A stretch of 64,000 nt of DNA from an uncultured Candidatus Saccharimonadales bacterium. Its GTDB lineage: Bacteria; Patescibacteriota; Saccharimonadia; UBA4664. Shown here one piece after another: positions 37,533 through 46,754 of the stretch (within the stretch, counting starts at the first letter, position 1; each line of letters opens with the position of its first letter). The notes beneath the pieces were generated by a model. It ran no database searches. It had not been told where the DNA came from and saw only the letters and a list, made by a program, of their open reading frames with translations. Made by a program: the position numbers and the translations under genes. The stretch is taken from NCBI GenBank assembly GCA_964609585.1, contig CAZSRA010000003.1, positions 35,405 to 99,404 on the forward strand, in the 5' to 3' direction.

Positions 37533-38156
37533 TTAGTCTGTTACCTTTTTGCGCTTGCTATATATGGCTGCAGCGATGTAGAGCGGCCCGCAAAAGGCAT
37601 CCGCAAGATCCAGCACGTCTATCGCATCTTGTTGAGTGACGGGGTGGATGTCCTCGGCCTCTCCAGGATGAGCGCCTTCATTTCCAACTGTCCTAATCTC
37701 ATGAGCCCAACCTTTTAGATCTTTAGTTATAATTCGTTGGTCGTATAGCCAGTCGATTTGGTTTACCAAGGAATTATTGACGGTCGTTTGATCCCCTTCT
37801 TTGGTAGTAATTTCCCTTGTCCTTGGAGCGCCTTTCTCGAGGCATATATTCTGAATAGCTCTTCTGGCCATTACGACAGTTGCACGCCAAGCTCCGGCAG
37901 CCAGACATTTTGAAGCTTCCTCCATGTCCTCTTTTATGGGGCTAGGGATAGAGTCGTCAATTGGTCTCGGAAGGGCGTTCGGGTGAATTTCGACTATCGC
38001 TCGGGTTCCATTGCGTTTAACTAGGAAGCGCTGCTGGCAACTGTTGCATTCACCTATCTCATAATGAAAACCATCAGGGCCGGCCCATTGAGCTCGTCGC
38101 TCTACGGAGGTTCGTTGACGACAGGCTGGGCAGTAAATTGAATCTAAGTTGGCCAT
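37533..38156 (-). CDS. DUF4145-domain protein with N-terminal zinc ribbon
   Basis: CPAC..x..CNSC zinc-ribbon. C-terminal DUF4145-like core with WAHEIRTVGNEGAHPGE, an R-x-GNxxxH motif characteristic of DUF4145. Confidence 0.6.
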   Translation of the reverse strand: MANLDSIYCPACRQRTSVERRAQWAGPDGFHYEIGECNSCQQRFLVKRNGTRAIVEIHPNALPRPIDDSIPSPIKEDMEEASKCLAAGAWRATVVMARRAIQNICLEKGAPRTREITTKEGDQTTVNNSLVNQIDWLYDQRIITKDLKGWAHEIRTVGNEGAHPGEAEDIHPVTQQDAIDVLDLADAFCGPLYIAAAIYSKRKKVTD

Positions 38157-38617
38157 GACTCGTTCTTCTTACCTTGAATTACAGGATTATTATCACAATA
38201 ACCTTATTTCTCGTCCAAGACTATCTTTCGTCACTTTCGGTACTCATCTCCTGGCCCCATCTTGAAGTCATAAGTCGTGACAAATTTAGGCACCGAGTCG
38301 TTAGTATCTCGAAAGGGAATGAAGACGCGAAGGAGTGGATTCAAGTCGGCGCTTAATACGGCATCATCACATCGGATCACTTATTGAATGGGCATCCTTT
38401 GAACTAGCTCTCAATATACCTGGGTGCTAGTCTTGATAATTCTTGCGTTTATGCTAAGTATTTTATAAAATGGTTGCGCTTATTCTTGCTTCGATTAGCT
38501 ACTTTATGGGCTTGCGATGCACTAATGGAACTTTGGAGGAGTGGTCTAAGAAACCTGACGTGGAGTTCGTCGCGATTAGGATGAGATTCGGGAAATACGC
38601 TTGCTTCATACTAATGA

Positions 38618-39553
38618 TTAATTTGTTCCATGATTCTCAACGGCTCTCTCCAAAGATTTACTGACCTTATCGCTACTGATAATCTCAGACAATTTCCATG
38701 CAGGAACGACACACATCATACCCGAGGGTACTTTAAAGGAATCGGTACTTGCGTCAGAGCTAATTACTTGGCCATCAAAATCAAAATGACCAGCATCTAC
38801 TCCCAATAAAAACACTCTTTCTTTATATGTCGTACCGTTGCTAGTTCTATCGTGCGCTTTCTGCCTAGAATTTACGGATGTTTGGATAAAAACGGGTGAT
38901 CCACTGAAGCCACCAATTGAGTAGGTCTCTACAAGGAAGGCATCATGAGCGCCGTCTCGACCCGCTTGTGTGATGGGTTCAAGGGGTAGCATAGCAATAT
39001 GCCCCCGCCTAACAACGGGATAGTTCATCTTGACACCACCATGTTTAATAAAGCGCCCTACCATTACTGTCTCCGTACCTATTCCCACCTTGTGTACTTC
39101 GTTCCACTTGCGCGTGGCGCCATCGTCTTCAACGTCAACTTCGGTTACTGGGGCACCTTCCGTTTCGCCGAATATATCCTTATGAACGTAGTCTTCGCGC
39201 AGTAACATATCCTCTGTGATAGAGCTATACCGCCAGTCTGTTTCGGGTGCGATTGAGCAAATCGCTATATCATCTCCATCTGAGTGTTTGCCCCAATTGC
39301 TGAGTTTAACGGAGATATTCTTGGTTTTGCCGTCTGTGGTATTGACCCTTATTACGCATTTGTCCGCTCCCATTTTTTCTAAATACTCCAAAACGTGTAC
39401 ATTGGTGACGACAAATAGAAAGTCCTTGCCTCCACGTGACACAGTAAGCAAAAAGCCAGTGGCCCCGCCGTTTGAGCCATTGCCGGCTTCTGCATCGGCC
39501 TCGTTCGGAAATATGTATACGACGATGTGAAGAAATGTGTTTGGAATTAGCAT
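38618..39553 (-). CDS. Trypsin-like (S1/chymotrypsin-fold) serine protease, cytoplasmic (no signal peptide)
   Basis: Catalytic triad in canonical order: TNVHV (His), DGDDIAI (Asp), GGFSGSPVF (GxSGxP Ser). No N-terminal secretion signal. Confidence 0.7.
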   Translation of the reverse strand: MLIPNTFLHIVVYIFPNEADAEAGNGSNGGATGFLLTVSRGGKDFLFVVTNVHVLEYLEKMGADKCVIRVNTTDGKTKNISVKLSNWGKHSDGDDIAICSIAPETDWRYSSITEDMLLREDYVHKDIFGETEGAPVTEVDVEDDGATRKWNEVHKVGIGTETVMVGRFIKHGGVKMNYPVVRRGHIAMLPLEPITQAGRDGAHDAFLVETYSIGGFSGSPVFIQTSVNSRQKAHDRTSNGTTYKERVFLLGVDAGHFDFDGQVISSDASTDSFKVPSGMMCVVPAWKLSEIISSDKVSKSLERAVENHGTN

Positions 39554-39793
39554 ATGTCAGATGATTCTCTAGCCAATCATAGCAAAGAGAGACCAAAAAT
39601 CCCGCTAGCTTTTTACATTGCTTGCGGGATAGTGGTGTTTTGTCTTTCTTGACCTTAAAGCATCAAGGTCTATCGAGAAAAATAATACCTGGCTGGGGAG
39701 ATGGTTCCTGGTCCAAACATTTTCTGACATCGATGAAGCGCAATTGCAACTTATCAGGCAGCTTTTTGATGAAAGTGATGATGAGGTCACGTC

Positions 39794-40270
39794 ATGCTAA
39801 AGTTGTTTCGGAAATCAAATGACGAAGGATTATGTTCTTCTACTTTACTCGATAACCGCACGTTTTATCCTGCATTTCTCAAAGATGTTGAGCGATGTAA
39901 ACATGAGCTGATTATTGAGTCCCCTTTTATTACCGATAAGCGCATGAATGCGCTTTACCCCTCATTTCGTAGGCTTACGAAAAGAGGGGTTCGTATTGTT
40001 ATTAATACGAGAGACCCACGCGAGCATGAGACGCAAATGGCCTATGAGGCGCAAATTGCAATTACTGAAATGCAGAGGCTTGGGGGGTTCGTTTTGTTCA
40101 CTGACAGGCATCATCGAAAATTAGCGATTGTGGATCGAGAAATAATTTATGAGGGAAGCCTGAATATACTTTCTCAGAGTGCGAGTTGCGAGATCATGAG
40201 ACGAATCGTTTCAAAGAACCTGGCGTGTAGTCTTTTTGCTTTCGTAAAACAGCCTGGAGAATTAATCTAG
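39794..40270 (+). CDS. Single-HKD phospholipase-D-family endonuclease (Nuc-like)
   Basis: Perfect HxKx4Dx6GSxN motif: HRKLAIVDREIIYEGSLN. ~158 aa, the size of homodimeric Nuc-type nucleases. No signal peptide. Confidence 0.75.
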   Translation: MLKLFRKSNDEGLCSSTLLDNRTFYPAFLKDVERCKHELIIESPFITDKRMNALYPSFRRLTKRGVRIVINTRDPREHETQMAYEAQIAITEMQRLGGFVLFTDRHHRKLAIVDREIIYEGSLNILSQSASCEIMRRIVSKNLACSLFAFVKQPGELI

Positions 40271-40272
40271 TT

Positions 40273-40815
40273 TCACTTCGCATCACCCGCCCATGAGTCA
40301 TAAACAATCGTAGCTAAAATCATTGCGTTTTGAAGTTCCAATGTAAAGTAATGAAGCCGAGGGTTTCTTACTTCTATTTCGGGCATTTTTGATATTGGGA
40401 GAATAAAAAATTTAAAACGCAGATTCTGAAAACTGTTGGTCTCGATTACGATACCGGCTTTTATCTCATTCGCTTTCGTTGCCCGATCGAGTACGACCTG
40501 TCTAGAATTAATGTCATTTATATTTTGAAAGTTTAAGTCGAAGGGGAGTTCGGTGATCTCTGAAATACTGTCTACTGTTGGCAGAGTTTCGATTGGGGTA
40601 TGAGTATAAATTCTTGAGTTATCTATTCGAAGTTGATAAGTTAGCCAATTTTTACCTGATGCATGATAAGTAAACTTTACACTATGAATCGACTCACTTT
40701 GTAAAAAGCTGGTTGCCGCCGCTGCAATATATAGACTACCATCACGTTGTTCAATGAGGTTGAACAACTTAAAAGTTTCACCTCTTATTGAAATATATAC
40801 CCGTTTTAAGTTCAT
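40273..40815 (-). CDS. Hypothetical protein, last gene of the XRE-linked module
   Basis: ORF 24 nt downstream of the XRE gene. No family recognised. Confidence 0.35.
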   Translation of the reverse strand: MNLKRVYISIRGETFKLFNLIEQRDGSLYIAAAATSFLQSESIHSVKFTYHASGKNWLTYQLRIDNSRIYTHTPIETLPTVDSISEITELPFDLNFQNINDINSRQVVLDRATKANEIKAGIVIETNSFQNLRFKFFILPISKMPEIEVRNPRLHYFTLELQNAMILATIVYDSWAGDAK

Positions 40816-40839
40816 CCGAGGTGACCTCGCGCGATAAAG

Positions 40840-41046
40840 TTAAAGGAGAAGATCGACTTCCTCTGGACTCAGTTGGAGCGCGCTCTTGAGCCCCTTTATT
40901 GATTCGCGAGCTGGCTTGCCCTCCCCTCGCTCTAACTTTGCGTAAGAGTTCGCATTTAGACCCGCTCTTGTTGCAACCTCAGCCTGAGTCAAACCCAACT
41001 TTTTTCTGGCATTTAAGAGTAATCGTGCTGAAGTTAATTCGCTCAT
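40840..41046 (-). CDS. XRE-family helix-turn-helix transcriptional regulator
   Basis: LGLTQAEVATRAGLNANSYAKLERGEGKP HTH_XRE signature. Confidence 0.8.
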   Translation of the reverse strand: MSELTSARLLLNARKKLGLTQAEVATRAGLNANSYAKLERGEGKPARESIKGLKSALQLSPEEVDLLL

Positions 41047-41078
41047 ATTGTCGTTATTATAACAAACTCATTACTTGG

Positions 41079-41495
41079 CTACTTCGGACAGTGTTTTGAA
41101 CTCCAACTCGCTACATTTGATTCTGCTGCGAGGCCGCCAATGCTCGCCTTTAGTTCGCTCGTCGGATCGGACTTAATTGATTGATACGTTTTCTTCAATA
41201 TCGCTATGTCGGGCTCAATTTCGAAGGGAGCAACTGCATCCAACTTTGTGAATGCGGCTACAAAGTCATTGGGGTCACTACTGCCGTGCGCAAATACTTT
41301 TGATTGGTACGTCGACCCTGGAAGCTTATCTAATCGGGCGTTCTCGGTTTCATACTCTTTACAATAACTAGGGATACTTCGAGACGGTCTTTGAATAAGA
41401 ACGATTATTAAAATCACGGCAGCTACTGTTACCAAGAGGAATGACGACATTTTCGGCCGCGGCAAAGAGATTTTTGTGTTTTTGGCCTGCTGCAT
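41079..41495 (-). CDS. Hypothetical N-terminally membrane-anchored protein
   Basis: Single TM (FLLVTVAAVILIIVLI), then a soluble domain. First gene of a 3-gene minus-strand module. Confidence 0.35.
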   Translation of the reverse strand: MQQAKNTKISLPRPKMSSFLLVTVAAVILIIVLIQRPSRSIPSYCKEYETENARLDKLPGSTYQSKVFAHGSSDPNDFVAAFTKLDAVAPFEIEPDIAILKKTYQSIKSDPTSELKASIGGLAAESNVASWSSKHCPK

Positions 41496-41592
41496 AGTTG
41501 CGATTATATCATCTAGCTCGATAGTGCTTATGTTAAGACATTTTATTTACAGTAATGCAAGAAGTGTGGTATATCTGGGTTAATTCTCGGCA

Positions 41593-41961
41593 ATGAGATG
41601 TAACAAGGAGAACGAGGCTTTGCGGAAACCAAAACCGGTTGTATTTATCCCTATAGCTATAATCGGTGTTGCGATTTTGCTCACCGCCCATCCTGCCCTT
41701 GCATCCGATGCGAATGTCACCCAAATTCAAAACTTTATTCGAAGCATTATTAAGGTAATCGCCGGTTTAGCTGGGCTTGTAGCAACAGGGTTCTTCGTAG
41801 TTGGTGGGTTTGGATACATTACGAGTTCTGGAAATCCCGAACATCTCCAGCGCTCAAAGAGTACGCTCATCTGGTCGGCCACTGGGCTGGCAGTCACGAT
41901 CGGCGCTTTCATTTTAAGTAATATTGTGACCGACTTAGCTACAAGCGCTTTCGGAAGCTAG
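41593..41961 (+). CDS. VirB2/TrbC-like T4SS pilin-like small membrane protein
   Basis: Signal peptide (ALA-SD) followed by two hydrophobic helices separated by GYITSSGNPEHLQRSK. Sits first in a T4SS cluster. Confidence 0.55.
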   Translation: MRCNKENEALRKPKPVVFIPIAIIGVAILLTAHPALASDANVTQIQNFIRSIIKVIAGLAGLVATGFFVVGGFGYITSSGNPEHLQRSKSTLIWSATGLAVTIGAFILSNIVTDLATSAFGS

Positions 41962-41965
41962 GAGA

Positions 41966-43414
41966 ATGATAATTTCGGCCGCCCATTACATGATGCTGGC
42001 CGATACTTCTGCGGCCAATGTTGCGATGCGATCGTTTCTCGCACCCGTAATGACAACATTGGTCGCATTGGCATCTTTGGCAGTAGTATTTTTCTTGGTT
42101 ACGGGTGGGCTCGCGTATATATCGAGTTCCGGCAATCCCGAGAAGCTCGATCACGCAAAGCGGATTATTCGAAATGCGCTTATCGGTTTGGTCATGGTGA
42201 TTGGGGCGGGTACACTAGTCGCGATTCTGAGCCATGCCTATACTGGCGCTGGTACTTCTTTAGGGGAGAGGCTACCTGCTCTCACGACGATTAAGCCGCA
42301 ACAGACTAACAATGGTCTTGTCTCTTCAATCATCAACATGATCATCGGTTTGCTAACATCATTGGTTCAATCAATTTCCGAGCCCTTCCTGGACGCTCTC
42401 AAGTTCTTCACAACTTCCACTCCGCTCATGGCCGATAACTCCAGCGTCTTCAACCTATGGCTCGCGATAGTTGGAATAGCTGATGCCCTCTTCGTTTTGG
42501 TCGTTGCGTTGCTCGGATTTCATGTTATGAGCTTCGCAACATTTGGTCTCGAAGAGATTGAGATAAAGCATCTACTACCGAGGATCGGCCTGGCATTCCT
42601 GCTCGTAAACTCTTCCATTTTTATCATTGATGCCGTGGTGAGCCTGTCTAACGGCATGATTGGGGCATTGAACGCAGCGTTCCCGGCTCAAACGGTGTGG
42701 TCATCTCTCAAGTCTATTGCCAGCCAACCCGAAACTTTGGGATTGGCCGGCCTCATGATCATGGTGGCTTTCCTAATTCTCACGGTCATGCTCATGATCT
42801 ACTACGTGTTGAGACTTGTGACACTCTATATCGGTGCGGTCCTCTCACCTATTGTTTTGTTGGTTTGGTTGCTTCCCGACTTTAAACATTTCGCCGAAGC
42901 TGCAGCGCGGGCGTATGTTGCCGTGATTTTTGTGCTGTTTATCCATGTTGTCATTCTTGAGCTAGCCGCCTCGATATTTGGGGGAATGGTACTAGCGACA
43001 CCGGATCATGCGCTGAATCCGTTGATGTCCCTGGTGGTTGGTATTGCGACGGTGTTGGCGCTACTCAAAACTCAAAATGTTCTGACTCAACTTACTATGG
43101 CGAGCCTCGGCCCGAAAACGGCCACCCAACTTGGCGGATTAGTTTCTAACCTTGCCGGTCACTACATGAATAAGGCCGGTCGTAGAGGAGTGTCTTCGGC
43201 AGACAGAAGCACTAAACCCGATGATTATGTGCCACCTAGGCCAGATTCAAATACGGGTGAGCCGAAAGACTATTCGAAGACTACTCGACCGGCACCACAA
43301 GGTTTCGCCACACAGTCTCAATATCGACAGCCAGAAGTAGGCCAACTGCCTCCTCCAGTTGAAGACGAGCAGTCTGTCAATCGTAAACGTGAAGTAAAAG
43401 GAGCGACCGCATGA
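41966..43414 (+). CDS. VirB6/TrbL-like polytopic T4SS membrane protein with N-terminal pilin-like module paralogous to the upstream gene
   Basis: N-terminal GGLAYISSSGNPEKL block mirrors GGFGYITSSGNPEHL of the preceding ORF. Then ~6 TM helices and a hydrophilic Pro-rich C-terminal tail. Confidence 0.6.
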   Translation: MIISAAHYMMLADTSAANVAMRSFLAPVMTTLVALASLAVVFFLVTGGLAYISSSGNPEKLDHAKRIIRNALIGLVMVIGAGTLVAILSHAYTGAGTSLGERLPALTTIKPQQTNNGLVSSIINMIIGLLTSLVQSISEPFLDALKFFTTSTPLMADNSSVFNLWLAIVGIADALFVLVVALLGFHVMSFATFGLEEIEIKHLLPRIGLAFLLVNSSIFIIDAVVSLSNGMIGALNAAFPAQTVWSSLKSIASQPETLGLAGLMIMVAFLILTVMLMIYYVLRLVTLYIGAVLSPIVLLVWLLPDFKHFAEAAARAYVAVIFVLFIHVVILELAASIFGGMVLATPDHALNPLMSLVVGIATVLALLKTQNVLTQLTMASLGPKTATQLGGLVSNLAGHYMNKAGRRGVSSADRSTKPDDYVPPRPDSNTGEPKDYSKTTRPAPQGFATQSQYRQPEVGQLPPPVEDEQSVNRKREVKGATA

Positions 43415-43917
43415 GAACCGCAATTGTTCCGGCTCAAATCACAACCGTCGAAGACAAGGTTGCAGGAAATCTAAGTCTGGCGCAACTTTTACTGCTATGC
43501 ACCCCGATTTTCGTTGTGGGCGCTATCTATGCGGCTCTACCACCGTTTTTCGGCGGTGCGGATTATAAGACGATCTTTGTCGTTCTGAGCACGGTTGCTC
43601 TTTGGATACTTGCCGTCAGATTCAAGGGTCGGATTTTGCTGGAATGGGCAATTACGGTTAGCCGGTACAACCTTAGGCCGAGACACTACGTTTTCGACAA
43701 GAATGATGATTTTCTGCGACCCCAGGTTTCTACCGACATTGAAGAATATACGGAAGAGCTGCTCCCTGAAACCGACCAGTCTCGGATCGTCTTACCTGTA
43801 TTATCGACTCACGAAACTGTCTTGCTCGAAGGTATCATGGCGAATCCTGAAGCCAATTTTCGTTTTACCCAAAATAGAAAGGGGGCTCTCGATGTCCGTA
43901 TTAACGAAGTCGGATAA
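43411..43917 (+). CDS. VirB3/PrgI-like small T4SS membrane protein
   Basis: Two TM helices near the N-terminus and position immediately upstream of VirB4, as in Gram-positive T4SS. Overlaps neighbours. Confidence 0.45.
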   Translation: MRTAIVPAQITTVEDKVAGNLSLAQLLLLCTPIFVVGAIYAALPPFFGGADYKTIFVVLSTVALWILAVRFKGRILLEWAITVSRYNLRPRHYVFDKNDDFLRPQVSTDIEEYTEELLPETDQSRIVLPVLSTHETVLLEGIMANPEANFRFTQNRKGALDVRINEVG

Positions 43918-44506
43918 GAAACGGTCTTCCAGGCGACAGATTAATATCCAGGGTGTTCAAGATGGAATCCTGATATTACCCGGAAACCAATACCGGGTTG
44001 TCCTCGAATCATCGTCGATTAACTTTGAGTTAAAGAGCAGCGATGAACAAGATGTGCTTATCGACACCTACCGAAGCTTTTTGAATTCCCTGCCTTGTGC
44101 GGTGCAAATTGTTGCTCGAATCCGGGAAATGGACATGGCGAAATACCTGGACGGTTTTCGCGAGGCATCAGCGGCTGAAGAAGATCCGATTTATCGAGAG
44201 CAAATCGCCAGTTATGCGGAATTTGTTCAGGGTCTCATTACGACGAACAAGATTTTGTCCCGCCGTTTTTATGTGGTCATCGCGTTTCATGACTTAGACA
44301 AATCAGGCTTTGAGGCGGCGCAGGAGCAACTGACTATTAATGCCGATATTGTCGGGAAAGGTTTGAGCCGACTAGGCGTACATACCCGCAAGCTTGGGAG
44401 TCTTGAAGTGCTTGATCTGTTTTATAGCTTCTATAACCCCGAGCTCGCCAAGCGCCAGCCCATCACCGCTCATACCCTACAACTACTTAAAGAGTCTTAT
44501 CTCTAG
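43892..44506 (+). CDS. VirB4-family N-terminal domain encoded as a separate ORF (split VirB4, part 1)
   Basis: Start MSVLTKSD preceded by a GGGGG RBS. Length (204 aa) and position match the N-domain of PrgJ/TcpF-type VirB4. The track ORF 43595-44506 has a spurious 5' extension. Confidence 0.55.
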   Translation: MSVLTKSDKKRSSRRQINIQGVQDGILILPGNQYRVVLESSSINFELKSSDEQDVLIDTYRSFLNSLPCAVQIVARIREMDMAKYLDGFREASAAEEDPIYREQIASYAEFVQGLITTNKILSRRFYVVIAFHDLDKSGFEAAQEQLTINADIVGKGLSRLGVHTRKLGSLEVLDLFYSFYNPELAKRQPITAHTLQLLKESYL

Positions 44507-44514
44507 GAGCCGCG

Positions 44515-46251
44515 ATGATACAGCCAATTGAACAACTCGTGAATTGGAAGAAGCGCCGTGACGAGCGCCCAAAGGAAATCGCTTTAAGTTTCGGTGAGCA
44601 AGATCCGATGGATATTATTTCATATGCCGGTATGGAAGAGCAGGCTGACTATTTGAACGTCGATGGTCAATTTATGAGGACGATGTATATTTCTGGCTAT
44701 CCCTTCGTGGCGTCTTCTGGCTGGCTCAATAGCTTGGTTAACTTTAATCACAACGCTGATATTTCGTATCATATGACGGCCGTAAATGCAGCGCAGGCAT
44801 TACCAAAGCTGTACCGAAAGATCACAGAGTTGGAATCTTCACGACGAGCAAAGATCAAAGCTGGGAAGATCGTCGGGACAGAACTAACCGACCCACTTGA
44901 GTCGGCCAAAGAACTTCACGCCCGGATTTCAAGAGGGCAGGAAAAGCTCTTTCAGGTATCAATTTATGTGGCACTGACTGCGCCTACCCTTTTTGAACTC
45001 GATAAGGTAACAAAACTTCTTGAAACTGAATTATCATCACGCTTGTTCTATACCAAGGTGGCCAGGTTCCAACAGACCGAAGGGCTGCAATCGGTACTGC
45101 CGCGTGGCGAGAACCAACTCGACCAAAAGCGTAACTTGGACTCGTCGTCGGCCGCACTCACCTTCCCACTTATTTCAAGTGAACTTGTGCAGGAGTCGGG
45201 TATCCTGTACGGGGTCAATAAATCGAATAACTCTCTCGTGATTCTCGACCGCTTCAGCCTCAACAACGCCAACAGCATCGTGTTTGCTCAGTCTGGAAGT
45301 GGTAAGAGCTATGCAACGAAGGTAGAGATTTTGCGCCAACTCATGCAAGGCACAAAGGTGATTGTGATTGATCCAGAGCGGGAATATAAGTTGCTCGCCG
45401 AGTCAGTAAATGGGGCCTATATCAAGCTGTCTACGAAGTCTCACGAAAAGATTAATCCGTTTGATATGGCAACGACCGCCAGGCCGAAAGACGACCTATC
45501 CGAGCATACCCAAGACCTCACCGAAGTCATTTCCCTCATGGCGGAAGGCTTGAACTCAAGTGAAAAAGCGGCGGTTGATAAGGCGATCTTGTCGATTTAC
45601 GCAAAAGCTAAGGATGCTCCCCCGCTCCTCCAAGATTTATATGCGGAGTTGCGCAAGCTTGGATTCTTGATTTTATGTGAGCGGCTTGAGAAATACATCT
45701 CGGGTTCATTGGCTGGAGTATTTAACGAGCAGACAAATATCTCACTCGATAACCGATTGGTTGTATTTGATATCAAGGATATGCCTGAGAGTTTGCGCCA
45801 GGTCATGATGATGATTATTTCAAACTTCGTACAAAATCAGGTTAAAGCAAGACCAGAAAAACGCATGCTCATCATTGATGAAGGCTGGTTACTCCTAGAA
45901 CACGAACAAAGCGCACGGTTCGTGACGGGGCTCGTGCGGCGGGCACGTAAATACTATCTAGGTGTTTCGATCATCTCGCAGCAAGCTAATGACTTCTTGC
46001 GCAATGATTACGGCAGAGCAATTGCATCGCAGAGTAGTCTTCGAATTTTGATGCGCCAAGATACCACTACGATCCGCAACGTCGCCATCGAGTTTAACTT
46101 GAGCGAATGGGAAGAGAGTTTTCTTTTGACCTGCGAACGCGGTGACGCTTTGATTATTGCCGACCAAAACCATGTGGCGGTACGGGTTGTCGCATCTTCG
46201 AAAGAGCACCCGCTCATTACGACTAATCCGGCCGAGCTATATAACCTATGA
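44515..46251 (+). CDS. virB4: VirB4/TraE-type T4SS ATPase (split VirB4, part 2)
   Basis: Walker A AQSGSGKS, Walker B MLIIDEGW, and the VirB4 C-terminal domain architecture. AGGAG RBS before the ATG. Confidence 0.85.
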   Translation: MIQPIEQLVNWKKRRDERPKEIALSFGEQDPMDIISYAGMEEQADYLNVDGQFMRTMYISGYPFVASSGWLNSLVNFNHNADISYHMTAVNAAQALPKLYRKITELESSRRAKIKAGKIVGTELTDPLESAKELHARISRGQEKLFQVSIYVALTAPTLFELDKVTKLLETELSSRLFYTKVARFQQTEGLQSVLPRGENQLDQKRNLDSSSAALTFPLISSELVQESGILYGVNKSNNSLVILDRFSLNNANSIVFAQSGSGKSYATKVEILRQLMQGTKVIVIDPEREYKLLAESVNGAYIKLSTKSHEKINPFDMATTARPKDDLSEHTQDLTEVISLMAEGLNSSEKAAVDKAILSIYAKAKDAPPLLQDLYAELRKLGFLILCERLEKYISGSLAGVFNEQTNISLDNRLVVFDIKDMPESLRQVMMMIISNFVQNQVKARPEKRMLIIDEGWLLLEHEQSARFVTGLVRRARKYYLGVSIISQQANDFLRNDYGRAIASQSSLRILMRQDTTTIRNVAIEFNLSEWEESFLLTCERGDALIIADQNHVAVRVVASSKEHPLITTNPAELYNL

Positions 46252-46745
46252 ACCCAAGCGTCATAGCTGTGTCGATCTCGTTCAAGAAAGAAATCTGGAC
46301 GGTGTTGGTTACCCTGGCGGTGATTGTTTCACTCCCGGTCGTAGCTTTGGTCGCATCATCTGATTTTAGCGACCAGAAAGCGTCAGCTGTATCTCTCTAC
46401 TCTGGACCTATCTCAGTATCTGACACCTACGACTTTGGCTATTGCACATACTGGGCGGCATTGCGTCGGGAGCAAACAGGGCATCTCATCCCAAACAACT
46501 GGGGTAATGCGAATACATGGGCATATAACGCGAAGATGGCTGGATATAACGTTGGCGGCGTTCCGGCGGCTGGGGCTGTGATGCAGACGACGGCGGGACC
46601 GCTCGGGCATGTGGCATACGTGGAAAGCGTTAATCAAGCAGACGGAAGTTGGACTATTTCTGAGATGAATTTTAAGGGGTGGGACGTTTCAGATACTCGG
46701 ACTTTGTCGGCTGACGACGCGCCCAGTTACAGCTTTATTTACTAA
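46248..46745 (+). CDS. CHAP-domain peptidoglycan hydrolase (T4SS-associated cell-wall hydrolase)
   Basis: N-terminal signal-anchor. CHAP catalytic Cys (GYCTYWAA) and His (GHVAYVESV). Confidence 0.75.
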   Translation: MNPSVIAVSISFKKEIWTVLVTLAVIVSLPVVALVASSDFSDQKASAVSLYSGPISVSDTYDFGYCTYWAALRREQTGHLIPNNWGNANTWAYNAKMAGYNVGGVPAAGAVMQTTAGPLGHVAYVESVNQADGSWTISEMNFKGWDVSDTRTLSADDAPSYSFIY

Positions 46746-46754
46746 GGATTCAAT

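Noticed and set aside
43595-43891. 5' extension of the ORF-track entry 43595-44506
   Set aside because: The extension overlaps the VirB3-like gene in another frame and has no RBS. The internal ATG at 43892, preceded by GGGGG, gives a product matching the VirB4 N-domain.
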